DNA from: a virus
Lineage: Duplodnaviria > Caudoviricetes
Reading direction: 5' to 3' (one strand)
Virus record (IMG/VR): IMGVR_UViG_3300046729_000010
Coordinates: 1-55,527 of that record
DNA length: 55,527 nt
The position numbers and the translations under genes were made by a program. Shown here in pieces: positions 17,631 through 26,338 of this stretch. The notes under the pieces are model-generated. The model did no database searches and was not told the DNA's origin. It saw only the letters and a list, made by a program, of their open reading frames with translations. The stretch's first letter is position 1, and every line of letters begins with the position of its first letter.

Positions 17631-18137
17631 ATGGCAGGCGTTCGCATCAACTTCGCAGAGGTCGAGTCGAGCTTCGCACCGATGCCCGAGGGCACGTACG
17701 ACGTGATCGTCGAGCTCGTTGAGGTCCGCGAGTCGAAGTCCAGCGACAACGATTACCTGAACTGGGAGTTCACGGTTCAGGACGACGAGTTCCAGGGGCG
17801 CAAGCTCTGGATGATCACGAGCCTCAGCGCCAAGGCGCTGTGGAAGCTCAAGGACACGTTCCTCGCCCTCGAGGTGATCGAGGAGGACGACGAGGTCGAG
17901 GTCGAGTGGGAGGACGACGTGGACATCACGCCCGGCGAGGGTCCGCGTGTCACGTTCCCCGAGCTCGACGGACTCGCCTGCAAGGTCGAGGTTCGCAACG
18001 AAGTGTACGAGGGGCGTGAGCGCAACAAGGTACAGGACGTCCTCGGCGCTGGCGGAGCTCCCGCGAAGGCCACCAAGTCCAGCGGCCGGCCGTCCAAGTC
18101 GGCCAACGGCGCCGGTCGGACACGCAAGCTGCGCTGA
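17631..18137 (+). CDS. DUF669-family ssDNA-binding protein
   Basis: FAPMPEGTYDV..VEVRESKS..YLNWEF..GRKLW..LWKLK..YEGRERNKV. Confidence 0.8.
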   Translation: MAGVRINFAEVESSFAPMPEGTYDVIVELVEVRESKSSDNDYLNWEFTVQDDEFQGRKLWMITSLSAKALWKLKDTFLALEVIEEDDEVEVEWEDDVDITPGEGPRVTFPELDGLACKVEVRNEVYEGRERNKVQDVLGAGGAPAKATKSSGRPSKSANGAGRTRKLR

Positions 18138-18140
18138 GCC

Positions 18141-18527
18141 ATGAGAGCGACGGTCTGTAAGATCATCGACTTCCCGGCGGCTCACTCCAACCAACACCAC
18201 AGCGGGCACTGCTCCAGAGTTCACGGTCACACGTGGACCCTGGAGCTTCACTGCAGGGGTCCGCTGGTGCAAGATCCGAGATCAGAAGCGTACGGAATGG
18301 TCGTGGACTTTGCCACGATCAAGCGTGCCTACCAGGAGTACGTGGAGCCGCGCGTCGAGCACCAAAACCTGAACGAGACCCTGAACCTTCCGGAGTACAC
18401 GACGGAGCACGTCGCTATGTGGATCTGGCAGCAGCTCCATCCTGTCCTCCCGCAGCTGTACAAGGTGCGGCTGTGGGAGGGCAAGAGTTCGTTTGCTGAA
18501 GTGTGCAACGGGGACCAGATCGCATGA
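18141..18527 (+). CDS. queD: 6-carboxy-5,6,7,8-tetrahydropterin synthase
   Basis: FPAAH...CSRVHGHTW...GMVVDF...HQNLNE..TTEHVA..VRLWE; CxxxHGH motif intact. Confidence 0.9.
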   Translation: MRATVCKIIDFPAAHSNQHHSGHCSRVHGHTWTLELHCRGPLVQDPRSEAYGMVVDFATIKRAYQEYVEPRVEHQNLNETLNLPEYTTEHVAMWIWQQLHPVLPQLYKVRLWEGKSSFAEVCNGDQIA

Positions 18528-19096
18528 GCACCTCCGGGTCTGGACTCGACGGATGGTGGCTCTGCGAAGGCCCAGAGCACAGTCGTCATCCCTGCTTCGA
18601 GTCCAAGCTGGGTGAGCCCTGTGGACGATGCGGAAGCTCGTCCCCATCACCTATCCGAATCACAAAGAAGGATCCGATCGAAGCGGACAGCGGACGTGTT
18701 CAAGAGCTCCTCGCGAAGGGACCGATCCAGGTGTCACCCAACCCGAACGTGGGCTCGGTGGGCAAACCGCCGGCTCACTACCGCGGAGCAGGAGGGATGC
18801 AACCGTTCGATGTGATCGACGCGTTCGATCTCTCCTTCTACGAAGGCTCCGCGGTGAAGTACATCCTGCGATGGCGACGCAAGGGAGGCGTTGAGGACCT
18901 GCACAAGGCCCGACACTTCCTGGAGGAAGTCATCCTCCGAGCCGAGGCAGAAGAGCGGTTGGACCGAGAGGCTGAAGAAGCGACCACCTACCGCTGCGCA
19001 TACTGTCACGAGCCCCTGGGCGAGGCCGTCTTCGTCGTGGTCGGAGGCGGCGAGGTACATGAGAGCTGCGCCGTCACAATGATGCAGACGACCTGA
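18524..19096 (+). CDS. DUF3310-domain protein with flanking Cys motifs
   Basis: PAHY...FYEGSAVKYILRWRRKGGVEDLHKARHFL. Confidence 0.8.
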   Translation: MSTSGSGLDGWWLCEGPEHSRHPCFESKLGEPCGRCGSSSPSPIRITKKDPIEADSGRVQELLAKGPIQVSPNPNVGSVGKPPAHYRGAGGMQPFDVIDAFDLSFYEGSAVKYILRWRRKGGVEDLHKARHFLEEVILRAEAEERLDREAEEATTYRCAYCHEPLGEAVFVVVGGGEVHESCAVTMMQTT

Positions 19097-19112
19097 GGGA
19101 GGAACTTACTAG

Positions 19113-19436
19113 ATGGACTTGGACACGTACCAGGAGCGAGCCTGGAGGACTGCTGTCTACCCCCACGCGGGGGAGGGGCAGTGGACCGGACTCGCGTACG
19201 CGGGACTCGGAGCCACGGGCGAAGCAGGGGAGATCGCCAACAAGATCAGGAAGATGGCACGTGACGACTTGGGCGAGCTGACCGCTGCCCGTCGCGACGC
19301 GATCATGTCAGACGTGGGAGGGACGTTGTGGTACCTCGCAGCTGTAGCGCAAGAGCTCGGCACCACGCTCTCTGTTATCGCCGAACGGAACATCGGCGAA
19401 CTCTCCAGTCGCGCTGAGCGCGGAGGCGAGCAATGA
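19113..19436 (+). CDS. MazG-like nucleotide pyrophosphohydrolase
   Basis: YQERAWRTAVY...GEAGEIANKIRK...LWYLA...NI. Confidence 0.8.
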   Translation: MDLDTYQERAWRTAVYPHAGEGQWTGLAYAGLGATGEAGEIANKIRKMARDDLGELTAARRDAIMSDVGGTLWYLAAVAQELGTTLSVIAERNIGELSSRAERGGEQ

Positions 19437-19537
19437 CCATCGTCATCGATGTGATCGCTGCGGTCATTGGGGCGGTAGGCATCGTCCTGATGGGCGTTGC
19501 TGTCTACCGTGTCTACAAATGGGAAAGACCCAAGTGA
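19433..19537 (+). CDS. 34-aa membrane peptide
   Basis: MTIVIDVIAAVIGAVGIVLMGVAVYRVYKWERPK; overlaps both neighbours. Confidence 0.5.
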   Translation: MTIVIDVIAAVIGAVGIVLMGVAVYRVYKWERPK

Positions 19538-20328
19538 GCGCGATCAGACCAAAGATTCCGTCCTGGCCAGTGATCGAGATGTTCGGCCCCACCGTTCAGG
19601 GCGAAGGTGTGGACCAGGGCGTCGCATGTCACTTCGTTCGATTCGGAGGCTGTGACTACAGGTGTGACTGGTGCGACACTCCCTACGCAGTCTTGCCGAA
19701 TCAGGTGCGCGCCAACTCGACCAAGATGTCCACGGCTGACATCCTGTTGGACCTGGACAGTCGACCCCACGTGCCCTGGGTCGTGCTGTCTGGAGGGAAT
19801 CCGGCGCTGCATGATCTCACCCACCTCGTCCAAACCCTTCACGATCACGACTACCTCGTCGCGGTCGAGACTCAAGGATCGAGGTGGCGCGAGTGGATGA
19901 AGGGCGTGGACAGACTCTGCGTGAGCCCGAAGCCTCCATCGTCCAACGAGCCGAAGTCGAAGATGTCGCAGCTGGCCAGGTTCCTGCAAGAGGGAATGGC
20001 AGCTCGAGAAAGTGGCATGCGACCGTACGAGTGGTTGTTCCTCAAGGTCGTCTGCTTTACCCCGTCAGACCTGGACTACGCAGTCAACATCCGGAAGCAG
20101 CTTTCGGACGCAATGATGTTTCTGTCGGCCGGCAACGATGCTGGAGCAACGGTGGCCTACCCCGGCCGAGAGGACCTGCGGTCGTTGGCGGGCATTCGCA
20201 TGGGCCTGTTGGACCAGGCTCGCTGGCTGACAGAAGAAGTGCTCAAGCGTCCGGAGCTTTGCGCTCAAGACGTCTACATCCAAGCTCAATTCCATACGCT
20301 CCTGTGGGGCAACGGAAGGGGATTCTGA
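19534..20328 (+). CDS. queE: 7-carboxy-7-deazaguanine synthase (radical SAM)
   Basis: EMFGPTVQGEG...FVRFGGCDYRCDWCDT...LSGGNP...VETQGS...VSPKPPSS...QFHTLLWGN; GTG 19534 or ATG 19519. Confidence 0.93.
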   Translation: MSAIRPKIPSWPVIEMFGPTVQGEGVDQGVACHFVRFGGCDYRCDWCDTPYAVLPNQVRANSTKMSTADILLDLDSRPHVPWVVLSGGNPALHDLTHLVQTLHDHDYLVAVETQGSRWREWMKGVDRLCVSPKPPSSNEPKSKMSQLARFLQEGMAARESGMRPYEWLFLKVVCFTPSDLDYAVNIRKQLSDAMMFLSAGNDAGATVAYPGREDLRSLAGIRMGLLDQARWLTEEVLKRPELCAQDVYIQAQFHTLLWGNGRGF

Positions 20329-20970
20329 ATGGCGATCCAGCCCAAGCCTATCGAGCCTGAAGCAGACCTCTGGCCGCAGAGCCGGATCACCCATCACAAG
20401 CGCTTCGTGACTGCGGTTCACAACCAGCTGCGGATCATCGAGGAGTGCGGCCGCGGAGAGGACGTCCGCGCCGGCCTGAAGGAAACTCCACAGCGAGTGG
20501 CCAAGATGTGGCTTGATGAGCTCACATCTGGCTACGCGATCGACGTCGAGAGCCTGTTCAAGGTCTTCGACGACCACGGTGACTACAACGGGATGGTCGT
20601 CCTCAAGGACGTGCCCGTGATGAGCCAGTGCGAACACCACCTCGTACCGTTCGTGGGTTACGCGCACGTGGCCTACTTCCCCGGCGAGCATGTCCTGGGC
20701 CTGTCCAAGATCCCGCGGGTCATCGACGCGTACGCTCGCCGGCTCCAGATCCAGGAGCGCCTCACACAACAGATCCACGACGCGCTCGACAAGTACCTCA
20801 AGCCACGTGGCGTGATCGTCGTCATCGAAGCAGAGCATCTCTGCATGACGCTCCGAGGCGTCCAGCGTCCGGGTACGAAGACCATGACCAGCGCCGTCTC
20901 GGGCATCTTCCGCGACCCCGACGAGTACGCCCGAGCCGAGTTCTTCCAGCTGCTGGCGCGGAGGACCTGA
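20329..20970 (+). CDS. folE: GTP cyclohydrolase I
   Basis: ETPQRVAK...[11 protein letters not shown]...GLSKIPR...[10 protein letters not shown]...[11 protein letters not shown]. Confidence 0.95.
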   Translation: MAIQPKPIEPEADLWPQSRITHHKRFVTAVHNQLRIIEECGRGEDVRAGLKETPQRVAKMWLDELTSGYAIDVESLFKVFDDHGDYNGMVVLKDVPVMSQCEHHLVPFVGYAHVAYFPGEHVLGLSKIPRVIDAYARRLQIQERLTQQIHDALDKYLKPRGVIVVIEAEHLCMTLRGVQRPGTKTMTSAVSGIFRDPDEYARAEFFQLLARRT

Positions 20971-21324
20971 ATGAGTATCACGACCTACATCGAGGTCAAG
21001 TTTCAGTGGCCCGGGGTTCACTCGTGGCCGGGGGCGTCCGGCACACACGAGTACCTCAAGTGCCCGCACCGTCACCTGTTCAAGGGGGTGGCTCGGATCG
21101 AAGTGCTCCATGACGATCGCGAGCTCGAGTTCCTCGAAGTGCTCGACTACATCCTGGAAGGACAGAAAGACGGACAGCTCGCGTTGCACGGCTCCGCGTC
21201 GTGTGAACAAATCGCCTCGGCTATCCTCGATCGTCTTCTGAGTCGCTATGGCGATGCACGAATCATGATCGTCAGCGTGCTCGAGGACGGAGAGAACGGG
21301 GCTCTGGTCCAGTGGATGCCGTAA
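20971..21324 (+). CDS. dpdL: QueD-paralog T-fold protein, putative CDG decarboxylase (DpdL-like)
   Basis: LKCPHRHLF (LxxxHRHxF) in place of CxxxHGH; SCE; VLEDGENGA; located in the folE/queE cluster. Confidence 0.7.
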   Translation: MSITTYIEVKFQWPGVHSWPGASGTHEYLKCPHRHLFKGVARIEVLHDDRELEFLEVLDYILEGQKDGQLALHGSASCEQIASAILDRLLSRYGDARIMIVSVLEDGENGALVQWMP

Positions 21325-21341
21325 CACCTCGCATCGTTCCA

Positions 21342-21578
21342 ATGCCCGACCTCAAGGGCGCCATGCCAGTCTGGAGGTTCTACTACAAGAACTGGCGCGG
21401 AGAAAACCACGTCTACAAGGTTCAAGTCCAAAGCGTTCGATACGGTGAGGTCGGATACCCCGCGCCGAAAAAGGACTGGCTTCTGGACGCCACGGTGGTC
21501 GATCGCGACAGCAAGTACCGACCCGGTGAACGCACGTTCGTACTGAACAACATCAGGCACGTTGAGGTGGTCTCCTGA
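21342..21578 (+). CDS. stand-alone WYL-like domain protein
   Basis: FYYKNWRGE...WLLDA...ERTFVLNNI; start uncertain (21312/21342/21363). Confidence 0.6.
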   Translation: MPDLKGAMPVWRFYYKNWRGENHVYKVQVQSVRYGEVGYPAPKKDWLLDATVVDRDSKYRPGERTFVLNNIRHVEVVS

Positions 21579-22519
21579 TGCATGCTGCCCTGATCTGTCC
21601 GGTGCCGGACCTGAAGAAGTACGTTGATCGCGGAGCCACGCACCATCTGCTACTGGCTCATCTGTTCGACATTCCCGGCTACATCGAGTTCTACCGGGAA
21701 CGTGTCGAGCTCTACGACGACTACGTGATAGTGGACAACGGAGCGAAGGAGAACGGGCGAGGTCTCGGGCTCAAGAAGGTGCTCGAGCTCGGCCACCTCG
21801 TCCGTGCCAAGGAAGTCGTTGTTGCGGACGTGCGCTACGAGTGCGATGCCACCATCGAGTCCGCTCAGAAGGAGCTCGCTTGGCTCGCCTCCAAAGAAGG
21901 ACAGCAGCACTACACCTGGGTCGGCCAGCCTCGACTGATGGTCGTACCGCAGGGAGAGACGCCCGAGCGTTGGTTCGAGTGCTTGCTCGAGCTCACGCGA
22001 CTAGTCGCTGAGGCGCTGCAGTGGACGCCGCACCCACAGCCCGTGATCGGCGTCGCGTATCACTACGACCACCTGTTCGAAGCAGGCTTGAATGGCCTTC
22101 TGGATCTTCCGGTGGTACAGCGCTACGACGTCCACCTGCTCGGGTGGCCCAGGGCGCTCAGGCCCCTCCTGGACGCGTCAAAGCGCTACAGGAACCTGCG
22201 ATCGGTAGACTCGAGCCGGCCGTTCGTCTACGCCAAGGGCGGACTCGGGAACACCAGGGGCTATCCCGGATTCGAAGCTAACCCCTACCCCTCCCGCGAT
22301 GAACAGTTCTTCACCGAGTCGATATCACCTTCGCTCGACAACTTCGTTCGAGCTAACGTTGCCCATTTCCGTCGCTATGCCGGCGACGTCGCTGGCCAAA
22401 GTCGATGCATTGAGTGCGGGTCCACCCGACTCAACATTCGCAACTACTCGATGATGTGGCACGACGGGGATCTCTACTGCGAGAACGGGCACTACGTGAG
22501 AGGATACGACGCGGGATGA
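21578..22519 (+). CDS. dpdA: divergent TGT-fold DNA guanine transglycosylase (DpdA-like, possibly DpdA3)
   Basis: VIVDNGAKE, VVADV, MVVPQG, HLLG, SVDSS occur in the order of TGT/DpdA motifs; next to queE/folE. Confidence 0.7.
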   Translation: MHAALICPVPDLKKYVDRGATHHLLLAHLFDIPGYIEFYRERVELYDDYVIVDNGAKENGRGLGLKKVLELGHLVRAKEVVVADVRYECDATIESAQKELAWLASKEGQQHYTWVGQPRLMVVPQGETPERWFECLLELTRLVAEALQWTPHPQPVIGVAYHYDHLFEAGLNGLLDLPVVQRYDVHLLGWPRALRPLLDASKRYRNLRSVDSSRPFVYAKGGLGNTRGYPGFEANPYPSRDEQFFTESISPSLDNFVRANVAHFRRYAGDVAGQSRCIECGSTRLNIRNYSMMWHDGDLYCENGHYVRGYDAG

Positions 22520-22592
22520 AACCTCACCTGCAGTACGCAAGCTACGTTGCAAGGATGAAACCTCACCTGCAGTACGCAAGCTACGTTGCAAG
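22514..22592 (+). repeat. perfect 39-bp tandem duplication
   Basis: GGATGAAACCTCACCTGCAGTACGCAAGCTACGTTGCAA twice; duplicates MKPHLQYASYVAR. Confidence 0.95.
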
Positions 22593-23004
22593 ACACAAGT
22601 GGTTCGTGTTCTTGGCCGGCCTGAAGACAGGTGCACCGCTGTGGAGACTCGTCATCCACGACTGGTCCAAGCTCACGCCCGCGGAGTGGGGTCCCTACGT
22701 GCGGACGTTCTACGACAAGAGCCGGAAGCGCCCAGGTGAGTTCGACGCGGCCTGGCTCCACCATCAGCACCGCAACCCGCACCACTGGCAGCACTGGGTT
22801 CTGCGCGAGGACGACGGTGACACAAAGGCGATCCGAATGCCCGACGTCCTGGTGAGAGAGATGGTTGCGGACTGGATGGGCGCCGGACGAGCCATCACCG
22901 GCAAGTGGGACCTCGATGAGTGGTTCGGGGCCAACCGACACAAGATGGTTCTGCATCAGGACACGGAAGAACTCGTCTTTGAACTGGTGCTGGATTACGC
23001 GTGA
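22516..23004 (+). CDS. DUF5662-like HD-type protein
   Basis: RHKWFV...HDWSK...HHQHRNPHHWQHW...EMVADWMGAGRA; alternative start 22555. Confidence 0.75.
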   Translation: MKPHLQYASYVARMKPHLQYASYVARHKWFVFLAGLKTGAPLWRLVIHDWSKLTPAEWGPYVRTFYDKSRKRPGEFDAAWLHHQHRNPHHWQHWVLREDDGDTKAIRMPDVLVREMVADWMGAGRAITGKWDLDEWFGANRHKMVLHQDTEELVFELVLDYA

Positions 23005-25580
23005 CCGACTCCTGCCACTCACAGTGCCGCTCCGGCTGCCCTTGTCCTGGCCCGGAGGTCGTCAGCCGGCACGACAACGCTGAAGTCGCGATCGTTCTCG
23101 ACTGGCCAAGTGAGCAGGAGTCAAAGGCGGACGAGTGGCTGGTGGGCAAACGCGGAGGCGCGTCAGAGCTCCTTCGCACGCTCCTGCTCCACTACGAGAG
23201 CGATCTCGAGAAGCTGTACATCTGTTCCGCGGTCAACTGCAGACCCAATCCCAAGAAGAAGGCGATGCAGAAGAAGGCGATGACCGCGTGTCGCGAGAGG
23301 CTCGTCAACGAGTTGCGCGAAGCCGGCGTCAAGAAAGTGCTGTGCGTTGGCCCTCTCGGGTACGGCGCGCTGACGACATCCAAGGCCCTGCCGGCCATCA
23401 CGAAGGTTCGGGGCCGATGGAAGAAGGCGTTCGGGATGGACGTGATAGCCACGCTCCCTCCCGGGTTCGCGATCGGTGAGCCAGAGTACTTCCGTGACCT
23501 GGCCTACGACGTGCACAAGTTCTTCACGACCGATGGACTGCAGCCAACACCCAACGTTGACCTCTGGGTCCCCGAGACCCTGGAGGAAGTGGACGAGGCG
23601 TTCGAGTTCCTCTACGCCGGACACTCGTTCGTTGCGATGGACCTTGAGACGACTGGCTTCTCACCGATCAGCGAAGTCCCGCTCGCTGTGGGACTCGGAG
23701 TGCTCGAGGGTCCAACGGACGCGACGGTGGTGGCCTTGAGTGAGACGATGCTCGAGTCCAAGAAGGTCTGGCGTCGGATCGAGAAGCTACTCAACGGTCC
23801 GATCGAGACGGTCTTCCACAACGCCAAGTTCGACCTTCAACACCTCAAGCAGCAACTGCTGGAGCACGGTCTCAAGTACGAGCCTCAGGCAATCCACGAC
23901 ACGATGATGCTCAACTACGCGCTCGACGAGCGACCGATGGGCAAGTACAAGTGTCATGGCCTGGAGGCCATCGCTCGCATCCGGTACGACGCACCCGACT
24001 ATGGTATCAAGATGGGCGAGTTCCTCAAGGAGTGGGAGACCGCCACGTCGGAGCATCGCGAAGAGATGCGACTCAAGATGCACACATACATGGCGTTGGA
24101 TGTCTACTACACGGCTCGGCTCTTCCCCGATCTCTACAACGAGTGCCTGGACGAAGACGAGGACCTGCTCGAGCTCTACGACCGTCTGTTCATCCCAGGT
24201 GTCCTGGCTCTGGCCAACGTCGAGCACCACGGCATCCTCCTGGACCGACCGATGTACGAGAAGTCGCGACAAGAGCTCGGTCTCAAGGCCGATGTCATCC
24301 TCAAGCGCATCAGGCAAGCCACGGACAATCCCGAGTTCAACCCCGGCTCGCCGGTCCAGGTGAAGAAGTTCGTCTACGACGAGCTTGGCTTGACCATCGA
24401 CGCAGGCCTGGCCGCAGCCGTGGCCCAGATCACGGACGTCTCGAGCCGCAAGGAGGGCATCAGATCCAGAGGTACGTACACGGACCCAAGCCGCCTCAAG
24501 GTCTCGGCCACAGCGGCTCCGGTGTTGAAGATGATCGCCCGAGGCCATCCGGAGCACCGACAGCTGCTGGACGACATCTGCGAGTGGCGCAATCTCTCAA
24601 AGAACGCGGGCACCTACATCAACGGGTTGCTGCAGCGCTGCGACGTCGACGGACGAGTCCGGGCCACGCTGAACATCCACGGCACCGCTTCTGGCCGGCT
24701 CAGCTCCACGAACCCGAACCTACAGAACCTCCCTCCGGCGAGCCACACGGGCATCGCGGTCAGGTCCGGCTTCCTGGCCCCGCCCGGCTACTCCTTCCTA
24801 GACTGCGACTACAAGCAGCTGGAAGTCCGCATGGCCGGAGAGATGTCTCACGATCCGGCGATGAAGGAGTTGTTCGAGTCCGGTGGTGACCCCCACGCTG
24901 AGACGTCGAAGATCATCTACGGACGATCTGACGTGTCTCACTACGAGCGGATGCTCGGCAAGATCCTGACGTTCGGACTCCTGTACGGCCGCTCACCCAA
25001 CTCCATCGCGACCGGACCCGAAGCTGAGGACATCGTCGCTCGAGGAGGCAAGCGTTGGGGTCCACGCGACGTCCACGAGTTCTTCGACAACCTGCTCAGC
25101 AACTGGGCGGTGTACGCAAAGTGGAGGCAGGGCTGTCGCGAGGCTCCGTACAAGGACGGAGAGATCAAGTTCAGCATCGGACGCAAGAGACGTTTCCACT
25201 TTGTGCCCAAGCACGACGGCGGACACATGGGCCGGCAGGGCATCAACACACCGTGCCAGGGCACCGCGTCCGACTTCTGCCTCTACGCTCTCATCAAGCT
25301 TGACGAAGTGCTCAGGCCCTACCGAGCCCAGGTGGTGGCCACCGTCCACGACTCGTTGCTCGTCGAATGCCACGACGACGATCTCGAGGCTGTGGTGCCA
25401 ATCGTCATCGAGGTCATGGAACGCGACACGCTGTGGAAGACTTACATTCCGCTCAAGGTCGATCTCAAGATCACGAAGCGGTGGGGGCAGGACGACGACG
25501 AGCAGTATGCAGGCACCTCGTCCGCGGACGACAGCCTCGAGCTACTCGAAGCGTCTCTGCGCGAGCACGCCGATGACTAA
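23001..25580 (+). CDS. family A DNA polymerase with N-terminal UDG-like domain and 3'-5' exonuclease
   Basis: Exo DLETTG, FHNAKFD, YMALDV; Pol TASGRLSS..PNLQN, DYKQLEVR, R..GKILTFGLLYG, NTPCQG, TVHDS; N-terminal NCRP..C..ITKVRG. Confidence 0.93.
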   Translation: MTDSCHSQCRSGCPCPGPEVVSRHDNAEVAIVLDWPSEQESKADEWLVGKRGGASELLRTLLLHYESDLEKLYICSAVNCRPNPKKKAMQKKAMTACRERLVNELREAGVKKVLCVGPLGYGALTTSKALPAITKVRGRWKKAFGMDVIATLPPGFAIGEPEYFRDLAYDVHKFFTTDGLQPTPNVDLWVPETLEEVDEAFEFLYAGHSFVAMDLETTGFSPISEVPLAVGLGVLEGPTDATVVALSETMLESKKVWRRIEKLLNGPIETVFHNAKFDLQHLKQQLLEHGLKYEPQAIHDTMMLNYALDERPMGKYKCHGLEAIARIRYDAPDYGIKMGEFLKEWETATSEHREEMRLKMHTYMALDVYYTARLFPDLYNECLDEDEDLLELYDRLFIPGVLALANVEHHGILLDRPMYEKSRQELGLKADVILKRIRQATDNPEFNPGSPVQVKKFVYDELGLTIDAGLAAAVAQITDVSSRKEGIRSRGTYTDPSRLKVSATAAPVLKMIARGHPEHRQLLDDICEWRNLSKNAGTYINGLLQRCDVDGRVRATLNIHGTASGRLSSTNPNLQNLPPASHTGIAVRSGFLAPPGYSFLDCDYKQLEVRMAGEMSHDPAMKELFESGGDPHAETSKIIYGRSDVSHYERMLGKILTFGLLYGRSPNSIATGPEAEDIVARGGKRWGPRDVHEFFDNLLSNWAVYAKWRQGCREAPYKDGEIKFSIGRKRRFHFVPKHDGGHMGRQGINTPCQGTASDFCLYALIKLDEVLRPYRAQVVATVHDSLLVECHDDDLEAVVPIVIEVMERDTLWKTYIPLKVDLKITKRWGQDDDEQYAGTSSADDSLELLEASLREHADD

Positions 25581-25818
25581 GCGTGACACGTTCAAACCGG
25601 ATTACGCTTTGATCGAGAAGCTGGAGAGCGAGCTGCTCGTTGGCCGTCACGAGCATCCTTACGGCATGAGCCCTGAGGGCCTCATCACGGAGGTTCGGGT
25701 CGAGCATGAACGACTCCATCGAGAGAGCCAAGACTGGGGCATGCCGTCGCTGATCGAGCGTGAAGCCGCTGCAGAAGCCGAAGCACGTCGTCGCTGGCCG
25801 AACTACTTCCCGGTCTGA
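25573..25818 (+). CDS. hypothetical protein
   Basis: Overlaps the polymerase stop. Confidence 0.55.
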   Translation: MTKRDTFKPDYALIEKLESELLVGRHEHPYGMSPEGLITEVRVEHERLHRESQDWGMPSLIEREAAAEAEARRRWPNYFPV

Positions 25819-25824
25819 GCGCAG

Positions 25825-25853
25825 TTGACCGCACCGGGAAGATTGGATACGGT
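25825..25853 (+). promoter_or_regulatory. putative sigmaA-like promoter
   Basis: TTGACC-17-TACGGT. Confidence 0.6.
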
Positions 25854-25889
25854 TTGACCTCGAATCCAACCCCGAGGAGAACCGACCCT

Positions 25890-26117
25890 ATGCGAGCACT
25901 AGAGCTTCACCAAGAGTTCCTTCGCGATGGCTTCGACATGATCGAGGTCACCTTGAACTCCATCTCAAGCGACGGCACCCCCGTCCTCAAGTGGGTCGTC
26001 GTCATCAGCGAAGGCCTGGTCTGCGAAGGCTCGTTGGCCAAGTCTGAGGGCTGCCTCGAGGCTTGCGTCCGCGACGCGAAGATCGCGTACAAGGCCTTCC
26101 TCCCCCTCTACGGCTGA
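25890..26117 (+). CDS. hypothetical protein
   Basis: GAGGAG RBS. Confidence 0.6.
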   Translation: MRALELHQEFLRDGFDMIEVTLNSISSDGTPVLKWVVVISEGLVCEGSLAKSEGCLEACVRDAKIAYKAFLPLYG

Positions 26118-26125
26118 ATCGTCTG

Positions 26126-26154
26126 TTGACTTGTCCGCGTCGGTCGTAGATGAT
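26126..26154 (+). promoter_or_regulatory. putative sigmaA-like promoter ahead of a ~110 nt segment without an evident gene
   Basis: TTGACT-17-GATGAT. Confidence 0.5.
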
Positions 26155-26270
26155 GCGGACAAGTCCTCTGCGAAGGGGCGCGCGAAGACCGGAGAGACGC
26201 CGGGAGCGACACCACCCCTGCCCTAATCTCAGAGACAGAATGCTGGGGTGCCCAGTCTTGACTCAGATCG

Positions 26271-26338
26271 TTGCCTTGACCGCGTTCAGGGACGATGCTT
26301 CAGCCATGAAGTCAACCACTCACCCCAAGGAGAACACC
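26271..26338 (+). promoter_or_regulatory. dual-start promoter/leader cassette, copy 2
   Basis: TTGCCT-17-GATGCT-6 nt-ATGAAGTCAA(26306)...CCCCAAGGAGAACACC-ATG(26339). Confidence 0.7.

Noticed and set aside
18141-22519. Queuosine tRNA-modification auxiliary genes
   Set aside because: No QueC, QueF or QueA and no tRNAs. The phage-type transglycosylase and DpdL-like gene fit DNA modification better.
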